A DNA stretch of 64,000 bases, taken from NCBI GenBank assembly GCA_963845135.1, contig CAWJQW010000009.1, positions 10,657-74,656 on the forward strand, in the 5' to 3' direction. A program made the position numbers and the translations under genes. Shown one piece after another: positions 62,779 to 64,000 of the stretch; the stretch's first letter is position 1; every line of letters starts with the position of its first letter. The notes under the pieces are model-generated. The model made no database searches. It saw only the letters and a program-made list of their open reading frames with translations, and was not told where the DNA came from. The stretch is from an uncultured Gammaproteobacteria bacterium (lineage in GTDB: Bacteria; Pseudomonadota; Gammaproteobacteria; Pseudomonadales; Halieaceae).

Positions 62779-64000
62779 CCCTCAAACTCTCGCATATAGT
62801 TTATCGCTTCATTCTGAACGTCTTCGGTTGCTGAACAGCTGATGCGATCATCTTCCACGCCCTGCTTTTCGCTGTAGCGCATGATGTCATGATGAATATG
62901 AACGCTGTTCAGCCCGCAATCGCAGGGAGTGCTCCAATCGATAGTGATTTCATCCCCAGAGATGACACCGCCCCAGTGACTCTCGTTAAGAATGTCGTAA
63001 AAGGCGGCACGCCCGGTCTGCACACCCTCGCGGGGAAGAGGCTCACTGGTATCGGGGTCCAACAGAAACGGGATAACCCACGGCTGCACGTGGTAGTGCC
63101 CTTTTTTGCAGGCCCAGTGAAAGGCACTGATCTCAGACATGCCATAGCCCTCCTGAATTTCATCAACACCCAGGAACTCGTTGATCGTTTCCATAAAGTT
63201 CTCTGGCAACGCTACGCCCTTGGTGCCGCCGCCCGTCAATATGGCTGAGTTCGCGGCAAACACGTTTTTAACACCCCGTTCCAGTCCCGCCTGAGCCACT
63301 TCATACATAATGGGGTAGGCGCTGGTCATAAAGATGCGCTTGCCACGCAACTCGTTTGTGCACTTCTCAAAAAACCGGGACATCTCTTCTGGCCGCCGGG
63401 CCTGCATCGCCTCAAACTCATCCTTGCGCGCCAGCAGTTTGGGGTCTATTTCCAGGCGGTCTAGCTCACCTCGCGAGGCAGCAGCGCGCAGCTTGCTGGC
63501 AAGAAACATGAGGTCGGTATCGATCGCATCGTTATACAGCGCATGAAAGCGACTTTCATCGCCGCCGGTAAAGGCGGTTTTAATCAGGTTGGCCAGTCGC
63601 AAGTGACCCAGCTTTCCCTTGGCATGATTAGGCCAAATGACGTCCACTTGCGGGTCCAGGTCTGCTTCAGTGGGCTCCAGGCCAAACGTCTGAAAGAGAA
63701 ACATCTTCCACAGTTGCATGTTGTAACGCGCGCCTGTCTTTGACTTGGGGATCAACGAAATGGTGCCGGTGGTCCCTGAGGAGGTGATTGTCTCCAGCGG
63801 TGTTTGCTCGTCCAGCCTGTCGATCCATTCGTCGATACTGTTGCAGCCACTTACGTCTACATTCGACAAGTCATAACTGGTGAGTTTGTTAAGCCATTTG
63901 GTCATCAGGTCAAAGCGCTTGCTGTCCAACAGCGAGGCCGGGTAGGACTTGAAAGCGGTGTGGGCGAAGAAAAGCGGCACCACATCGTTGAATTCTTGCA
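62775..64000 (-). CDS. LuxE-like acyl-protein synthetase (5' end beyond the window)
   Basis: TSSGTTG, TGGGTKG, YGMSE, PWVIPFLLDPDT, SGDE, C-terminal DDRISC; GTGA overlap with the LuxC-like gene. Confidence 0.8.
   Translation of the reverse strand, partial: QEFNDVVPLFFAHTAFKSYPASLLDSKRFDLMTKWLNKLTSYDLSNVDVSGCNSIDEWIDRLDEQTPLETITSSGTTGTISLIPKSKTGARYNMQLWKMFLFQTFGLEPTEADLDPQVDVIWPNHAKGKLGHLRLANLIKTAFTGGDESRFHALYNDAIDTDLMFLASKLRAAASRGELDRLEIDPKLLARKDEFEAMQARRPEEMSRFFEKCTNELRGKRIFMTSAYPIMYEVAQAGLERGVKNVFAANSAILTGGGTKGVALPENFMETINEFLGVDEIQEGYGMSEISAFHWACKKGHYHVQPWVIPFLLDPDTSEPLPREGVQTGRAAFYDILNESHWGGVISGDEITIDWSTPCDCGLNSVHIHHDIMRYSEKQGVEDDRISCSATEDVQNEAINYMREFEG

Overview
Chromosomal window from a GC-rich gammaproteobacterium. 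The gene content (TonB-dependent receptors, sulfotransferase/DUF1214, DUF3604, WS/DGATs, LLM oxidoreductase) suggests a marine Halieaceae/OM60-NOR5-like organism; this is an inference. About 15 genes between 1 and 51 kb are split by 1-bp indels, including putA and mgtE, which looks like long-read consensus error. They are reported as single reconstructed CDSs. Main blocks: putA/Lrp; DUF1214-sulfotransferase divergent from TetR-TBDR; a DUF2868/DUF3482 GTPase pair; abgT, yebC, msrA; a neutral-lipid locus (BCCP-carboxyltransferase, a two-domain protein with a cyanobacterial AAR-like half, a Maqu_2507-type fatty acyl-CoA reductase, and two WS/DGATs, one with a long histone-H1-like Lys/Ala tail); a cation-transport cluster (MgtE, CBS, two MscS, CaCA, CNNM); and photolyase plus a Cho-like nuclease. 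A mobile-DNA scar region at 52.1-58 kb holds two toxin-antitoxin pairs, a tRNA 3' remnant, a 76-bp duplicated toxin end, a deletion chimera, an integron gene cassette with attC sites and an IS91/ISCR relic. The window ends in a LuxE-like/LuxC-like/SDR/TBDR operon with no luciferase in view. Best candidates for undescribed biology: that LuxCE-like acid-reductase/uptake operon, the wax-ester locus with a possible nucleoid tether, and a 56-aa four-cysteine protein missed by the ORF track. No rRNA, intact tRNA or CRISPR array was seen.
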